This document shows positions 46,646-57,917 of a stretch of 64,000 nucleotides of DNA, in pieces. Under the pieces are notes generated by a model, which was not told the origin of the DNA, searched no databases, and saw nothing but the letters and a program-made list of their open reading frames with translations. The DNA comes from Candidatus Bathyarchaeota archaeon (GTDB lineage Archaea > Thermoproteota > Bathyarchaeia > 40CM-2-53-6). The stretch spans positions 64,001-128,000 of the forward strand of contig CAVTBR010000002.1 in assembly GCA_963733055.1 (NCBI GenBank), read 5' to 3'. The translations under genes were made by a program, and so were the position numbers. How positions within the stretch are numbered: position 1 is the stretch's first letter; each line of letters begins with the position of its first letter.

Positions 46646-48521
46646 CTACCTGGTTATGGTTTTGGGTTCGGCGAGAACCCTCTTCAATTCTTTTTCTGAG
46701 TTGTCCGCGGTTATGAATATGGGAACGTTCTCCATACCCGTCGCGATGTAACTCGATAGCAGCCATTGGCCTGGGGCGAATTCTAGGGTTTTCTCAAGAA
46801 TTCCTTGGTCGATTGTGAACGTGCTGCTCACGAGGCTGCGATCGTATGGTCGGGGTAGGGGGCCTACGAAGTAGGTGTGTAGTTGTTGCAGTGCGTTTGT
46901 GTTGAGGTAAGCGATTCTCTGCGTCGCCACGCAACCCCCAAGTCCGTACTTCCTTCCTTGCCGGAGCAAGGTTTCGATTCGATATGTGCAGGTGAGGTCT
47001 ATTCCTCTTGCTTTGTCGTAGGCGGGGATGAATTCTTGGGCCTCGTCGAAGACGAAAAGGATCTGTGGTTCGACTTGGAATTCTCGTTTCCTTCGTCTGA
47101 GCATCTCGGAGGTTAGGTCTATGGCGAGTTTCTTGATGATACTTGGTTCTGCAACGGATAGGCAAAGCAGCCGTGTATCGCCCTCCAAGAGCCCGAGTAA
47201 TTTCTCTGTCGTGTACTGCGCTCTTGTCGACGGTCTTCGTCGCTCGACTGAGCGATGACTTGAGTTCAGATCGTGTACCCGCCCAAGCAGCGAGCGAGCC
47301 GCTCTTCCAAACCTTGAATTTCTCAACAGCGGTTGTAGCAACCGCCTGTAGGTAATCGAGAAATTCCGGTGTTACAACGCCAAACCGATCTGCCCTGTTA
47401 TCCCTTAACCAATCATGGACTTTGTCTTCAATTGCATGTATGGCGTCGAGGTTTACCTGTTTGTCACCTTCTCCTTTCTCGAGAAGCCTGATTTGTTCGA
47501 GGATATTCTCGAATGTGGGCGGGGGCCTTCCTGCCTCTGCATAGTGTCCCAACTTTCCTTGGGAGAAGATATTCTCAAGGTTCTGGGTTAGGTCGTATCT
47601 TTCGAAACCCCTTGGGGTTACTATGACTTTCCGGAGGTGGTCGGCGTCCGCGACTGGCACCTCGGTGATAATCTTGCTCTCAATTGTCTTATCCACGAAT
47701 ATGTCTTGTAGAAGGAACGGGTACTCCATCGAAATGTCAAAGATTACGGTCTTTGTATTTTTGGAATGATAGATTATTCGTCGAAGGATGTTGGATAGCA
47801 GGTTGCTTTTGCCGCCGCCGGTGAAGGAGAATACGCCAAAGTGGTAGCGTACGAGTCGCTCGAAGCTAACGTAGATCGGAACTGCTCCATCTTCTTCCTG
47901 AAACATTTTGATGGTACCCACGCGTGGGTCTTTTCTGGCCTCGTAGGTTGTGGCTATCTTATCATTCCACACTAGCCCCAGTTCATCCAGGAGCTTTCGG
48001 TTGTACATTCGGTGGATTGTGGATTTGTTTAGGATGAAAGCGCGTTCCCCTACTACAGGATAGGTGAAGCCTTTGACGTACTTTTGCTCAGACCCTTCTA
48101 AAATCAGATCGTAGTTAAGTGGTATTGCGCTTAGCTGGATTATCATTGTTGCCTTATCGTCTGTGTCCCAATCCGCAACGCTCTGTTCAATTATCTCAAA
48201 TTGATAGGGATAGTAGCTTTGATCTGAAAGACCTCGGAGGCCGAAATGTTCCGGCCCAATTCGCGAGACTTCAAGAAGAGTGAACCTCTTTCCACCGTAT
48301 TTCTTGGCCTTGAAGTTACGTACCGCTAGAAGCATTCCCTCTTCAAGCATGCCCATGAGGTCTTTCTGGTATTGGGCTTTGACGCGGCATTCATATTTGG
48401 CAGAAAAGCCGGTGGTCTCAGCTGAGACATCTGCTCGCCTGACGGCGTAGACGGCAGCAAGTCTTCCTTCGAATCGGCCATCGAAGTCGGTGAACTGTGC
48501 GTTAAGTTCGGTTTCTAGCAT
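46646..48521 (-). CDS. HerA/FtsK-family (DUF87) ATPase, apparent frameshift near 47215
   Basis: HFGVFSFTGGGKS (Walker A); second frame has FVFDEAQ (Walker B), RQGRKYGLG and ATQR. Confidence 0.85.
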
Positions 48522-50364
48522 TTTCCACTTCACTCCTTCTTGATCGGAACGTGTTCATGTAGAATGAGTATTTCCTCAGTTTCGGATGCGAGACGAGCCA
48601 ATGCCCCATTCCTTTGATCATTTGGGATGCGTTGCTTCGCTGGGCTTTGGCGATCTTGTCCGCGATGTATAGGGGTTCATTGTGCCCGAAGATTTCGGGA
48701 ATACTATCATGAGTCATGGCTTTCAGCGTAATCATCACGAGTTCTTGAACATGATTCTCGGAGTTGGCTCCTTGCCATAGAACCGGTTCTACATCCTCCA
48801 CGGCCCCTCCATACTCGTGCTTCAAGTCGAGAGTTGGCGCGTTCTCCGATGGTAGGTAGAGTCGATCAATGAACAGTACGTTGCTTCTGAACTGGTCATC
48901 GGACTTGGCCTTGTCCAGTTGAATATACGATTTGACGAAGAGCTGTTCCTGAATTATTCGATTCTTTACGGCACCCGATATGTCACCTTTCACATCGCTG
49001 AACCGTCCAATGATGGTTTGGAATGACGTGTCATATTCGACCGTAGCCCAGGGAACTGGGACCTGGTCATGGTGGAACATGCTCATTGCTTGGAGTAGCA
49101 TACGATCCGTAGTCGCTACGTGTTCGGAATTTCCCGCCCAAATGTGGCGTTCGACACACAACGGGACGAGATGCGTAATCATGTCCCGTGCCGTTGTGTC
49201 TTTGGTTATTCCTATGAGCAGAACCTTGTTGACTCGACAGGTTTCAACAAGCATGTTCAAGGCAAACAGGCAGAGGAAAGCCAAGTCGAGGGTGGTTAAC
49301 CATCTTGATTCTCCGCCATCGGTGATCTGAAGTGGGTTTCCTAGGTCGCTCGCGAAAAAGCGCTGACCGACGTATTCCACCATCTTTTGAGTTCGATCCC
49401 ATGCCGTGAATAGGTTCGGCATAAGCGAGAATTTGCCGTTGGACTCGAGGAAGTACTTCCCTTCCTTAGCAGCCCTCGTCAAATACCTATTCAGCTTTTC
49501 AACTCTCAATGGATCCGACTTAATGTTCAATCGGCCTGCGAGCTCGTCCGCGGTGGAGGCCGTTTGTAGTTGTTCCATTAGAAACATTGCTGCGTGACGG
49601 AGGTAGTCGCCTCGCGGAGGCAGTAATCCGTTAATGTCTCGGGTGCGGTATCTGCTGAACGCGAGATCTTGCTCATCAAGCCTCAAGCCATCGCTAGTAA
49701 TACGGAGGGTGGCGCATTCACGTTTCCAGAGTGCTCGTTTAGAGGTGTCATGTAACAGACTGGACTGGGTGCCGGAAAGTGAGCGGTCCAGCAAGATGAT
49801 TTGGAACTCTTTGGTTTTTGCCATCGTGTAGGCCAGGTAAAGCTCCGAAAACAACATGATCCAGTTGGCGATGGTTGAGTTGTCTACCGTGGATTGATCA
49901 GTAAGTGGACCTGAAATCGTCTCGCCCCCGGATTGGTTGAACGTGCTTTGAGGCTCAACTTCAGGAATGGAATCAATGTAAATTGGGATGCAGCTCGCAA
50001 GCCCATGCCCTTTCTCAACAAAATGTGCGTCGTATGTCACGGCAGGCCTTTCGTTCTTCATGTAGGTGATCGACCCAGTTGCCGCATATGCTCCTGCCCA
50101 AAACACGGCTAGCCCACCCAATAGATTCTGATCCATCGAACCGTCAATCGCGGCAAACCTAGCGGAGGGTTTCTTGAATAACTCTTGAGCGGTTCCGTAC
50201 GACCGGTCGTACCTGAAGTCTGAAACTAACAATTTGCTGATCAGGGGCCAGTAAGTGGTGCTTGCGCCCTCGAGTCGCAACCCGCTTTCGCCAACCTGAC
50301 CCTCGGCACCCTCCTTCAGAATTCTCCCTAGCCTCTTGACATTCATGCTTAGTATCGAAGACAT
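48502..50364 (-). CDS. Large NurA-like nuclease with internal wHTH-like insert
   Basis: FAAIDGS, E...A, ILLDRSL, IGITKD and GHNEPLYIADK motifs; overlaps the HerA start. Confidence 0.75.
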   Translation of the reverse strand: MSSILSMNVKRLGRILKEGAEGQVGESGLRLEGASTTYWPLISKLLVSDFRYDRSYGTAQELFKKPSARFAAIDGSMDQNLLGGLAVFWAGAYAATGSITYMKNERPAVTYDAHFVEKGHGLASCIPIYIDSIPEVEPQSTFNQSGGETISGPLTDQSTVDNSTIANWIMLFSELYLAYTMAKTKEFQIILLDRSLSGTQSSLLHDTSKRALWKRECATLRITSDGLRLDEQDLAFSRYRTRDINGLLPPRGDYLRHAAMFLMEQLQTASTADELAGRLNIKSDPLRVEKLNRYLTRAAKEGKYFLESNGKFSLMPNLFTAWDRTQKMVEYVGQRFFASDLGNPLQITDGGESRWLTTLDLAFLCLFALNMLVETCRVNKVLLIGITKDTTARDMITHLVPLCVERHIWAGNSEHVATTDRMLLQAMSMFHHDQVPVPWATVEYDTSFQTIIGRFSDVKGDISGAVKNRIIQEQLFVKSYIQLDKAKSDDQFRSNVLFIDRLYLPSENAPTLDLKHEYGGAVEDVEPVLWQGANSENHVQELVMITLKAMTHDSIPEIFGHNEPLYIADKIAKAQRSNASQMIKGMGHWLVSHPKLRKYSFYMNTFRSRRSEVENARNRT

Positions 50365-50485
50365 ACGGATCAGAACACCCGAATAGATAACCCTCATTTA
50401 CATAAATGCTGAAGTGTGATCGAGCACAAGAGACGGTGTACTATCTCACGGATAGTCTACAGCGGTTTCTGTCCACCGAATCTCA

Positions 50486-50860
50486 TTACTTGATTATGTC
50501 GACCACGCAGAAGAGATTTCCATCCGGATCCTCAAGAACAATAAAGTCCTCATCCGGTTCGTATTCTTGAGGATGACGTGTGGCTCCTAACTTGAGCAAC
50601 CGTTCAACTTCATGCTTCTGGTCCGCTGTGTAGAGATCGAAGTGAAGCCAGTTTCTGCCGGTGAGCTTCTCTGAAGGCTGAGCCTGATTCAAAGACACGT
50701 TCGTGTTTCTTCCTGCAGGGTCTCGCAGAATCACCCAGCCCCCTTTAGCAGGCCGCGTAGTAATGTAGTGGAGCGCCTCTTGCCAAAACGCAAACATCTT
50801 GTCGAAGTTAATGCAATCAATCACTACAGAGCCAATCCTCAATTCAGATTCCTGTTGCAA
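50486..50860 (-). CDS. VOC/glyoxalase-family protein
   Basis: VVIDC, FWQEAL, LHFDL and DPDGNLFCV motifs. Confidence 0.92.
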   Translation of the reverse strand: MQQESELRIGSVVIDCINFDKMFAFWQEALHYITTRPAKGGWVILRDPAGRNTNVSLNQAQPSEKLTGRNWLHFDLYTADQKHEVERLLKLGATRHPQEYEPDEDFIVLEDPDGNLFCVVDIIK

Positions 50861-51085
50861 TTCAGATCGCGCGTTTTGGAGGTTAACTTGAATTTACGGG
50901 TTTGTGAATCAGCCTTGTTTCGGAGTCCTCGATTGTCGGTTTTCTGAAGTCAACTTAAATACGGATTCGCGACTTGCTTTGTTAAGGTGCCCGTACCATG
51001 GGTGACCGATTTAATTCCCGAACCTAGACTGTTTAACATCAACCCTCGTATGTATCAGGCACCAAGGATTTTTCGAGGTTGACTG

Positions 51086-52393
51086 TTGTTGGATAGTGTT
51101 CAGACTATTGGAGAAATCTTTGAGGGCAAGTTCGACGGCAGCCACGTTGTATTGAGAGGGTGGCTGCACCATATCCGTAGCAGCGGAGGAATACTGTTCC
51201 TACAACTCCGCGATGGTTCAGGCGTTATCCAATGTACACTCAAGAAGGACAAGATTGACCCGGAAACCTTCGAAAAACTCAGCGCCACACCAATCGAGAG
51301 CACCATTGAAGTTACGGGTGAAGTCAAGAAGGACCCAAGGGCACCACGAGGATATGAAATCCAAGCACAGAGAGTGAGTGTCCTCTTCCCCGCGGAGGAT
51401 GGCTATCCTATCGCGAAAAAATACCACGGGCCGGACTTCCTGCTCGATTATCGACATTTGTGGATCCGTAACGAGAAGATGCAAGCGACCATACGTTTGA
51501 GAAGCCAATTGATTGAGGAAGCAAGAAGATGGTTGATGGGTCACGGCTACCTCGAAGTTCAGGTGCCCATACTCGTAAATGCCGCTGTAGAAGGTGGCTC
51601 AACTCTCTTCCCTGTCAAATACTTCGATCAGAAGGCCTACCTTTCGCAAAGCTGGCAGCTTTACGCAGAAGCCATGATCGCTAGCGTCGGCAAGATCTTC
51701 ACTTTCGCACCTTCCTTCAGAGCTGAAAAGTCCAGGACCAGGAGGCATCTGACAGAATATTGGCATTTGGAAGTTGAAGCGCCCTGGCTTGAACTTGACG
51801 GGTTAATGCAACTCGAGGAGGAACTGGTCGCTCACATGTGCCAGCAGATCGCGCAGAGAATGCCGGAGGAACTGAAGCTCCTAGGCCGCGACCCAAGCAA
51901 ACTTGCGAAAATCCAGTCGCCCTTCCCAAGGATCACTTACGACCAAGCAGTTGAGAAGATCCAAAAATCGATGCCCGCTCTCGAGTGGGGCAAGGACCTC
52001 GGCTACGAGGAAGAAAAAATTCTCACCCAAGGCTTTGAATCGCCGTTTTTTGTCACCCGGTTTCCGAAGGGAATTAAGGCGTTCTACCACATGCCCGACC
52101 CACAAAACCCGAAGGTCACCCTCTCAGTAGACCTGCTCGCTCCGGAAGGGTACGGCGAGATTACCGGAGGCGGCCAACGCATTCACGTCCTCGAACAGCT
52201 TTTAGCTAGAATAAAGGAGGAACAATTGAATCCTGACGATTACAAATGGTACACAGAACTTCGCCGTTACGGAACTGTGCCGCACGCCGGATTTGGGATG
52301 GGAGTTGAGAGAATCATAGCTTGGGTCTGTGGCCTTGAACACATCCGAGACGCAATAGCGTTTCCACGATTAATCAACCGCATCTATCCCTAG
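51086..52393 (+). CDS. asnS: Asparagine--tRNA ligase
   Basis: LRDGSG, LLDYRHLWIR, LSQSWQLY, FRAEKSRTRRHLTEYW and PHAGFGMGVER motifs. Confidence 0.93.
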   Translation: MLDSVQTIGEIFEGKFDGSHVVLRGWLHHIRSSGGILFLQLRDGSGVIQCTLKKDKIDPETFEKLSATPIESTIEVTGEVKKDPRAPRGYEIQAQRVSVLFPAEDGYPIAKKYHGPDFLLDYRHLWIRNEKMQATIRLRSQLIEEARRWLMGHGYLEVQVPILVNAAVEGGSTLFPVKYFDQKAYLSQSWQLYAEAMIASVGKIFTFAPSFRAEKSRTRRHLTEYWHLEVEAPWLELDGLMQLEEELVAHMCQQIAQRMPEELKLLGRDPSKLAKIQSPFPRITYDQAVEKIQKSMPALEWGKDLGYEEEKILTQGFESPFFVTRFPKGIKAFYHMPDPQNPKVTLSVDLLAPEGYGEITGGGQRIHVLEQLLARIKEEQLNPDDYKWYTELRRYGTVPHAGFGMGVERIIAWVCGLEHIRDAIAFPRLINRIYP

Positions 52394-52419
52394 ATTGACG
52401 CTGAAGCTGCTGCCACAAG

Positions 52420-53271
52420 ATGTTACGAATTAGGACAATGCGGCGCCACGACATTAGCTTCGCAGTGCGATTAGCAGAACAAGAAGATTGGGGAATTCCC
52501 GCCCGAGATTTCAAGCGAATCCTACTCCTCGACGCGCACGGCAGTTTCGTGGCGATGGAGAACGGGAAACGTGTCGGCCTTGCAACTACGACAAGTTACG
52601 GGACGGAAATCGCTTGGATTGGAAATGTCGTTGTCGCGGAATCGCGTAGGGGAAGACACATTGGTCAAGGTCTTGTCAAGCACGCAATAGGTTACCTAGG
52701 AAAGAAACGAGTTGCGCGCGTAGTCCTGTACTCTTTCGATGAGAATATCGAGTTCTACCGCAGACTCGGCTTCAAGATGGGCGAACGATTCGCTCGTTTC
52801 CGACGCAAGGTGCGACCAGCCATGAGGTTAGGCTCTGAACCTCGTGATCGACGGACGATGCGGCGGGGTGCAATGTTGGCGATGGATAGGAAGGCTTTCG
52901 GGGCAAACAGGTCTCAGCTCCTGGCCAATGTGCTCGATTCAGGTGCCGGGCGGTATCTCGGTTACGCGGCTGGGTTGAGACGGTCCTACATACTCGTAAA
53001 AGATTATGCGGATATGTGTGAACTCGGGCCATGGATATCATTCGGCCTCCGACAAACGGAGTTGGAGGCTATGCTGTGGCATGTTCTGAATACGACGAAA
53101 AGGAAACCGGTTGAGATCGCCTGCCCCCTCACGAATCGCAGAATCATAGCTGTGTTGTCGCGGTTTGATTTCGATAAGGTGACTCAAGGGCATATGATGT
53201 GCTACAGGAGACTGTCCAAATTGGGAAAGCCGAAGGCAGTGGTTGCCTACGGTTTTCTCGATAAAGGTTGA
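52420..53271 (+). CDS. GNAT-family N-acetyltransferase
   Basis: WIGNVVV...RGRHIG, FYRRLGF and AFGANRS motifs. Confidence 0.88.
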   Translation: MLRIRTMRRHDISFAVRLAEQEDWGIPARDFKRILLLDAHGSFVAMENGKRVGLATTTSYGTEIAWIGNVVVAESRRGRHIGQGLVKHAIGYLGKKRVARVVLYSFDENIEFYRRLGFKMGERFARFRRKVRPAMRLGSEPRDRRTMRRGAMLAMDRKAFGANRSQLLANVLDSGAGRYLGYAAGLRRSYILVKDYADMCELGPWISFGLRQTELEAMLWHVLNTTKRKPVEIACPLTNRRIIAVLSRFDFDKVTQGHMMCYRRLSKLGKPKAVVAYGFLDKG

Positions 53272-53292
53272 ATCAGCTGCGGTAGTTCCTGA

Positions 53293-54951
53293 CTACTTTG
53301 CTGTCTCTCGGATGAGGGGGGTTAATTCCGGCGCTGGTTTCCCGAGTTTCTTGTCAAGTGATGCTTTGATCAGGCCATAGTATGGTGGCGAAGGCCTGAC
53401 CGGTCTTGACTTGAATTCGGCATGGAACTGCGTGCCCACGTAGAAGTATTTGTTCGGTAGCTCGAAAATTTCCATTCTTCGCCCATCCATGCTTCTTCCC
53501 GAGAACACTCCTCCGGCTTTTTCGATCTGGGGTATGAATTCTGGGTTCACTTCGTACCTGTGTCTGTGGCGTTCTGAAATGATGTCGCGCCCGTAGAGGT
53601 AGCCTGCTAGGGTGTTGGGCGTGAGGCGAATTTCATGCGCGCCTAGCCGCATCGTAGCACCCTTATCTTCGACACCTATTTGCTCGGGCATTAGGTCAAT
53701 GACGGGGTAGGGTGTCTTGGGGTCTATTTCGGTGCTGTTTGCGTTCTTCAGTCCCAAGTGGCGGCTGAATTCTAGGATGGCCATCTGGAATCCGAAACAT
53801 ATTCCTAGGGTTGGAATATTCTTCTCGCACGCATAAGCCAACGCCGCAATCTTCCCTTCGGTGCCCCTCGAACCGAAACCCCCCGGCACAAGTACCCCAT
53901 CGAATCGTGATAGTATGGAGCAGTTGGAGGGTTCGTTCTCGAACATTTCCGTCTCGATCCAGTCTATTTCAACTCGGGCATCGCATGCTCCGCCCGCGTG
54001 TTTCAGTGCCTCGTTAACGCTAACGTAGGAGTCCGCGAGCTCCGCGTACTTACCGCAGAGCGCGATTCGAACGACCTGATGCGGGTTAGCTATCGAAGCG
54101 ACTACTTTGTTCCACGCGCCCCAGTCAGCGTCATGCTTGTCCAAAGCAAATCGGTCGAGCAGGAAGTTCCCCATTCCCTGCGAATCAAGTTCAACCGGCC
54201 CTTGGTAAATCGTCGGCAGGTCGGCGGAGGAGAATACACCACGTTCCTCGACGTTGCAAAACAGGGCTATTTTTCGGCGGGGCCCTGTCAAAAGGGGTCC
54301 ATTTGTTCTCGCAACTATAACGTCAGGTTGAATACCGATCCTTCGTAGCTCCTGAACACTATGCTGAGTCGGTTTCGTTTTTTGCTCTCCAACCACATCC
54401 AAGGCCGGGACCAGAGTGACATGGACAAACAAGACGTTTCGTTGGCCTTCCTCAAGCTTCAGTTCGCGTGCAGCTTCTAAGTAGGGAAGGCTTTCAATGT
54501 CACCAACCGTCCCTCCGATTTCTACGAGAAGCACGTCGGGGTTGTTTTTTGTCGCGATCCCTCTAATGACGGATTTGATTTCATCGGTGATGTGTGGAAT
54601 TATTTGTACGCATTGCCCGAGAAAGTCACCTCGACGTTCCTTGTTTATGACGGATGTGTAGATTTGACCGGTAGTGGTGTTGTGGCTTCGGGAGAGGTTG
54701 ATGTCTAAGAAACGTTCGTATGTTCCCAGGTCCATATCAATCTCCCCACCGTCATCAGTAACGAACACCTCGCCGTGCGCGACTGGGTTCATTGTTCCCG
54801 CGTCAACATTGAGGTAAGGGTCTATCTTCATCGCTGAGATTTTGAAACCCCTAATTTGAAGAATTTTCGCGATCGAGGCGGTGGTGATTCCTTTACCGAT
54901 ACCGGACATTACACCGCCGGTGATGAACAAATACCGCGTATCTATCGGCAT
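53293..54951 (-). CDS. pyrG: CTP synthase
   Basis: [36 protein letters not shown] and QFHAE motifs. Confidence 0.97.
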   Translation of the reverse strand: MPIDTRYLFITGGVMSGIGKGITTASIAKILQIRGFKISAMKIDPYLNVDAGTMNPVAHGEVFVTDDGGEIDMDLGTYERFLDINLSRSHNTTTGQIYTSVINKERRGDFLGQCVQIIPHITDEIKSVIRGIATKNNPDVLLVEIGGTVGDIESLPYLEAARELKLEEGQRNVLFVHVTLVPALDVVGEQKTKPTQHSVQELRRIGIQPDVIVARTNGPLLTGPRRKIALFCNVEERGVFSSADLPTIYQGPVELDSQGMGNFLLDRFALDKHDADWGAWNKVVASIANPHQVVRIALCGKYAELADSYVSVNEALKHAGGACDARVEIDWIETEMFENEPSNCSILSRFDGVLVPGGFGSRGTEGKIAALAYACEKNIPTLGICFGFQMAILEFSRHLGLKNANSTEIDPKTPYPVIDLMPEQIGVEDKGATMRLGAHEIRLTPNTLAGYLYGRDIISERHRHRYEVNPEFIPQIEKAGGVFSGRSMDGRRMEIFELPNKYFYVGTQFHAEFKSRPVRPSPPYYGLIKASLDKKLGKPAPELTPLIRETAK

Positions 54952-55031
54952 ACTTCACACGAAGTGAGGGCCCAACTTAAAGTTTCTCCGATACGAAATC
55001 GGAGACGAGAGGAAAGAAAACTCGGATTAGG

Positions 55032-55709
55032 TTACTTGACTTGGCCCTTGAGCTTCCTGATCTCTTGGTTGATCAGGTTCAGCGCGACTCGTGCAGTCGA
55101 AATGGCTTGATCTACTGACTGTGAACTTTCGGAAGACCAAATCTTAGCTGCTCCCTGCGCGGTTTGGTTTCCAAGTTGAGTTAGATAGTAGCCTCCATCG
55201 TTATTGAACACCAACCCAGCGCTCATGAGACCCTTCAACCCCTCCGCCTCGGGTGAAGACAGTTGAAGACTTGACTTCGTTCTTGCGGTTTCGGGTGAAA
55301 TCGCGGCAGCGTGAAGAAGCTTTACCAAGACGCTGGGGCCAGCGGGTATCGCGTCTCCGAACTCGCTTTTTGCGGAGTCCTGAAGCTTGCGGAGTTGCTC
55401 TATCCGAGCGACGGCGTCGGTTACGGTGGTAAGGCTCCTGGTGATGTTGAGGAAGGATTGTACTACTGGGCTCTGTGAGTTCATGCGATAAAGAGTAACG
55501 GCACCTACATGCCGTGAGGGGGATATTGCCTTCATTCTTTCAAGGTCGTCCCAGACCCGGTATAGGGTTGTGCGGCCGATGCCGGCTTTTTGAGCTATCT
55601 CAGTCTTAGTAAGATCCTCTTGCGGGCGTTGGGAGAGTATCGTGAGTACCTTGAATTGGGGGCTTTTCGACAATACTTCCATGAAAGCGGTGGCTTCGTC
55701 TACTGCCAT
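55032..55709 (-). CDS. Tandem winged-helix DNA-binding protein
   Basis: LTKTEIAQKAGIGRTTLYR HTH, second wHTH ending GLV...YYLTQLG, C-terminal coil. Confidence 0.75.
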   Translation of the reverse strand: MAVDEATAFMEVLSKSPQFKVLTILSQRPQEDLTKTEIAQKAGIGRTTLYRVWDDLERMKAISPSRHVGAVTLYRMNSQSPVVQSFLNITRSLTTVTDAVARIEQLRKLQDSAKSEFGDAIPAGPSVLVKLLHAAAISPETARTKSSLQLSSPEAEGLKGLMSAGLVFNNDGGYYLTQLGNQTAQGAAKIWSSESSQSVDQAISTARVALNLINQEIRKLKGQVK

Positions 55710-55812
55710 GTAACGTTCAACGAGGTTATGGCACGGCGGATGGTATATTAATGTTCCCTTTCCCACACACCGAAGTTTCATATCGAAGATGGATATACCC
55801 CGATAGAAACGG

Positions 55813-56100
55813 GTGAAAACCATGCCCCCAGACGATAGCCTTCCCGAGCTTCAGGCAACTACACTGCTGACCATTTGGAAGCTCAAAGGCATCGGGGGGA
55901 ACGCCGTAGACGAGGACCAGTTGAAAGCTGAACTGACCAACGAACCTACCGAAGACGTACCTTCAGCGATTCAACTGCTCGAAGCTCAGGGCTTCATCGA
56001 AATCAGGGACCTCGAAGGCCGAAAAGCGATCTCAATAACCCCCCTCGGCCTAGCCATCCTCCGCAAGATCGAGGAAGACAGGCTGCAGGAACTAAAGTGA
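55813..56100 (+). CDS. Small acidic winged-helix protein
   Basis: AIQLLEAQGFIEI...ISITPLG. Confidence 0.65.
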   Translation: MKTMPPDDSLPELQATTLLTIWKLKGIGGNAVDEDQLKAELTNEPTEDVPSAIQLLEAQGFIEIRDLEGRKAISITPLGLAILRKIEEDRLQELK

Positions 56101-56693
56101 ACCCGTACCCGAACCATGCAAAACCATCCCGTCCAGCGCTCAGAATGTACGTACACTGCTCAGTCCTCTTTGTGCCAATTCTCGCCGAAGTTTTCTCTAG
56201 AAGCACCACCGTGATTGCGCTCGTCATTATCAGCGTCATCTATACAGGCTGCGAGTTTCTTCGATTACGTGGAAGAGTCGTTCCAGTCATCACTAGATTC
56301 ACCCTGCGAATGAATCCAAGTCTCGAGGAGGGGCATTTCATTTCACAGCCGATTTATCTGGCTGCCGGAGTAGCCCTTGCATTGCTACTGTTCCCGAAGG
56401 AAGTGGCCTACGCTTCAATAATCATAGTCGCGGTAGGCGATCCTGTAGCCGGTTATGTTGGAGCGAGATTTGCACAGCTGCGCTGTGGAGTGAAATCGCT
56501 TGAGGGATTCGTTGCCGGGCTCGTAGCTGCAACTCTCGTTGCCTCGCTTGTTGTCTTACCTCCCGTGAGTTTGATTGGAGCGACCGGTGGAATGACCATT
56601 GAATTGTGGGATGGTTTGGAAGATAACTTGACAATCCCCCTAGCGGCTGGCGGCTTGATGGTCTTGGCTCAACTCTTCATGCCTACTCGGTAA
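56097..56693 (+). CDS. Dolichol/phytol kinase-like polyprenol kinase (cytidylyltransferase family)
   Basis: VGDPVAGYVG, KSLEG and EDNLTIP motifs; multi-TM. Confidence 0.85.
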   Translation: MNPYPNHAKPSRPALRMYVHCSVLFVPILAEVFSRSTTVIALVIISVIYTGCEFLRLRGRVVPVITRFTLRMNPSLEEGHFISQPIYLAAGVALALLLFPKEVAYASIIIVAVGDPVAGYVGARFAQLRCGVKSLEGFVAGLVAATLVASLVVLPPVSLIGATGGMTIELWDGLEDNLTIPLAAGGLMVLAQLFMPTR

Positions 56694-56785
56694 TTGTTGT
56701 AATGTCACGCCGAGACGACTCCGCTCCCGTTGATGTCGACCTTACACCTGGACAGGTGTTTGATACGCTAATTGGTGAGCGCGAC

Positions 56786-57412
56786 TCAGGTACTGGAGCC
56801 GATTCGCCAAACCCAAGATAGACCCACGGGAACGAACCAGATGAGGAATCTTAATGGTACCCCCCAAAGGGTAAGCGACCAGAATTGCGGCAGGATGCTT
56901 ACCATGAAGATGCAGGCAGAGACGATGAGGGTATTCCTGAATTTCCTGTACCTTCTTAGGGAACTGGGTGGAACGAGTTTCTTCTCTTCAAAACTCAGTT
57001 GATGAGCGAAGAGGGCTATTATGACCATCAAACCCGCCATGTCGATCGCATAGAAAGACGAGGCAGATGCCAGGAGCGTGGCGTCTTTGAGTACGTCCGC
57101 GATGTATGTGGCATTCAGCCAGAAGAGGTACGGCTCAATTGAGACAAGGAATAGAAGCACAATGTTCAGCATTATCGTGGTCTGATCCTCGAGGGGAAGG
57201 ACCGAGATTATGCTCGAGTAACTCATCCATACAGAGATTAAGATCAGAAAGCTGAACCCAAATTGGAGAAGATCTTCTGCGATATCGTAGGGGTTTTTCG
57301 GTACGCCTGCAATGAGGGATATCGTTCCTATCGATAACGCAAGCCCGAAAATAAGATCCGATAAAGATTTGATGGGCGCTTTCGGGCGCGATGGGTTAGA
57401 TTCTCTTGGCAA
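56786..57412 (-). CDS. TMEM175/DUF1211-family potassium channel
   Basis: SLSDLIFGLALSI, FGFSFLILISVW..Y and LNIVLLFLVSIEPY motifs. Confidence 0.8.
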   Translation of the reverse strand: MPRESNPSRPKAPIKSLSDLIFGLALSIGTISLIAGVPKNPYDIAEDLLQFGFSFLILISVWMSYSSIISVLPLEDQTTIMLNIVLLFLVSIEPYLFWLNATYIADVLKDATLLASASSFYAIDMAGLMVIIALFAHQLSFEEKKLVPPSSLRRYRKFRNTLIVSACIFMVSILPQFWSLTLWGVPLRFLIWFVPVGLSWVWRIGSST

Positions 57413-57917
57413 TCGGACCACCGGAAAAGGACCTGCAAAATCTACCGAATTGCGCTCTAAGTAGGATTTGAGTTTTGTTGAGCACGCATAACACAAGACC
57501 ATTTGCTGTCGAGAACACCAACGTGATTGGCTTTCGAAGTTCATACCGCCAGACCGAGTGTCTTTGAGACAGACGATCCACGTCAAGGAGCCTTGGCCCG
57601 AAAGCGTTATGGGCAGCTTCGCTAATTTGCGAGTCTTGGATGATGAATCCTTTAAGTACGGAGTGCCATTCAGCCGGCACGATGACGCTTTCGACGGGCA
57701 GACTGAACTTTCATTTCTCCCGTCGAAATATTCGATGCAACCGCCTCTTGTTTCCAAACATCCTAGCCGCTACCAAAGCTTAAATTCCGTTTTAGCCGGC
57801 ATTGAGGGGGAAACTGAGTGGGCGCACCGCGTACTCCGAATTTCTTAGCTGCGCCAAGACTAACGCACGTAACTACAACCGCCTTCGATTCACCCTCAAA
57901 AGAAGGAGGTTTGGAAT

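Noticed and set aside
46646-47341. Programmed frameshifting in HerA, purA and the other split genes
   Set aside because: No slippery heptamer at the junctions; the pattern matches random single-base errors
57412-57757. 115-aa Cys-rich N-terminal extension on the TMEM175 channel
   Set aside because: No recognisable domain; a TTG right before the channel motif is the more plausible start
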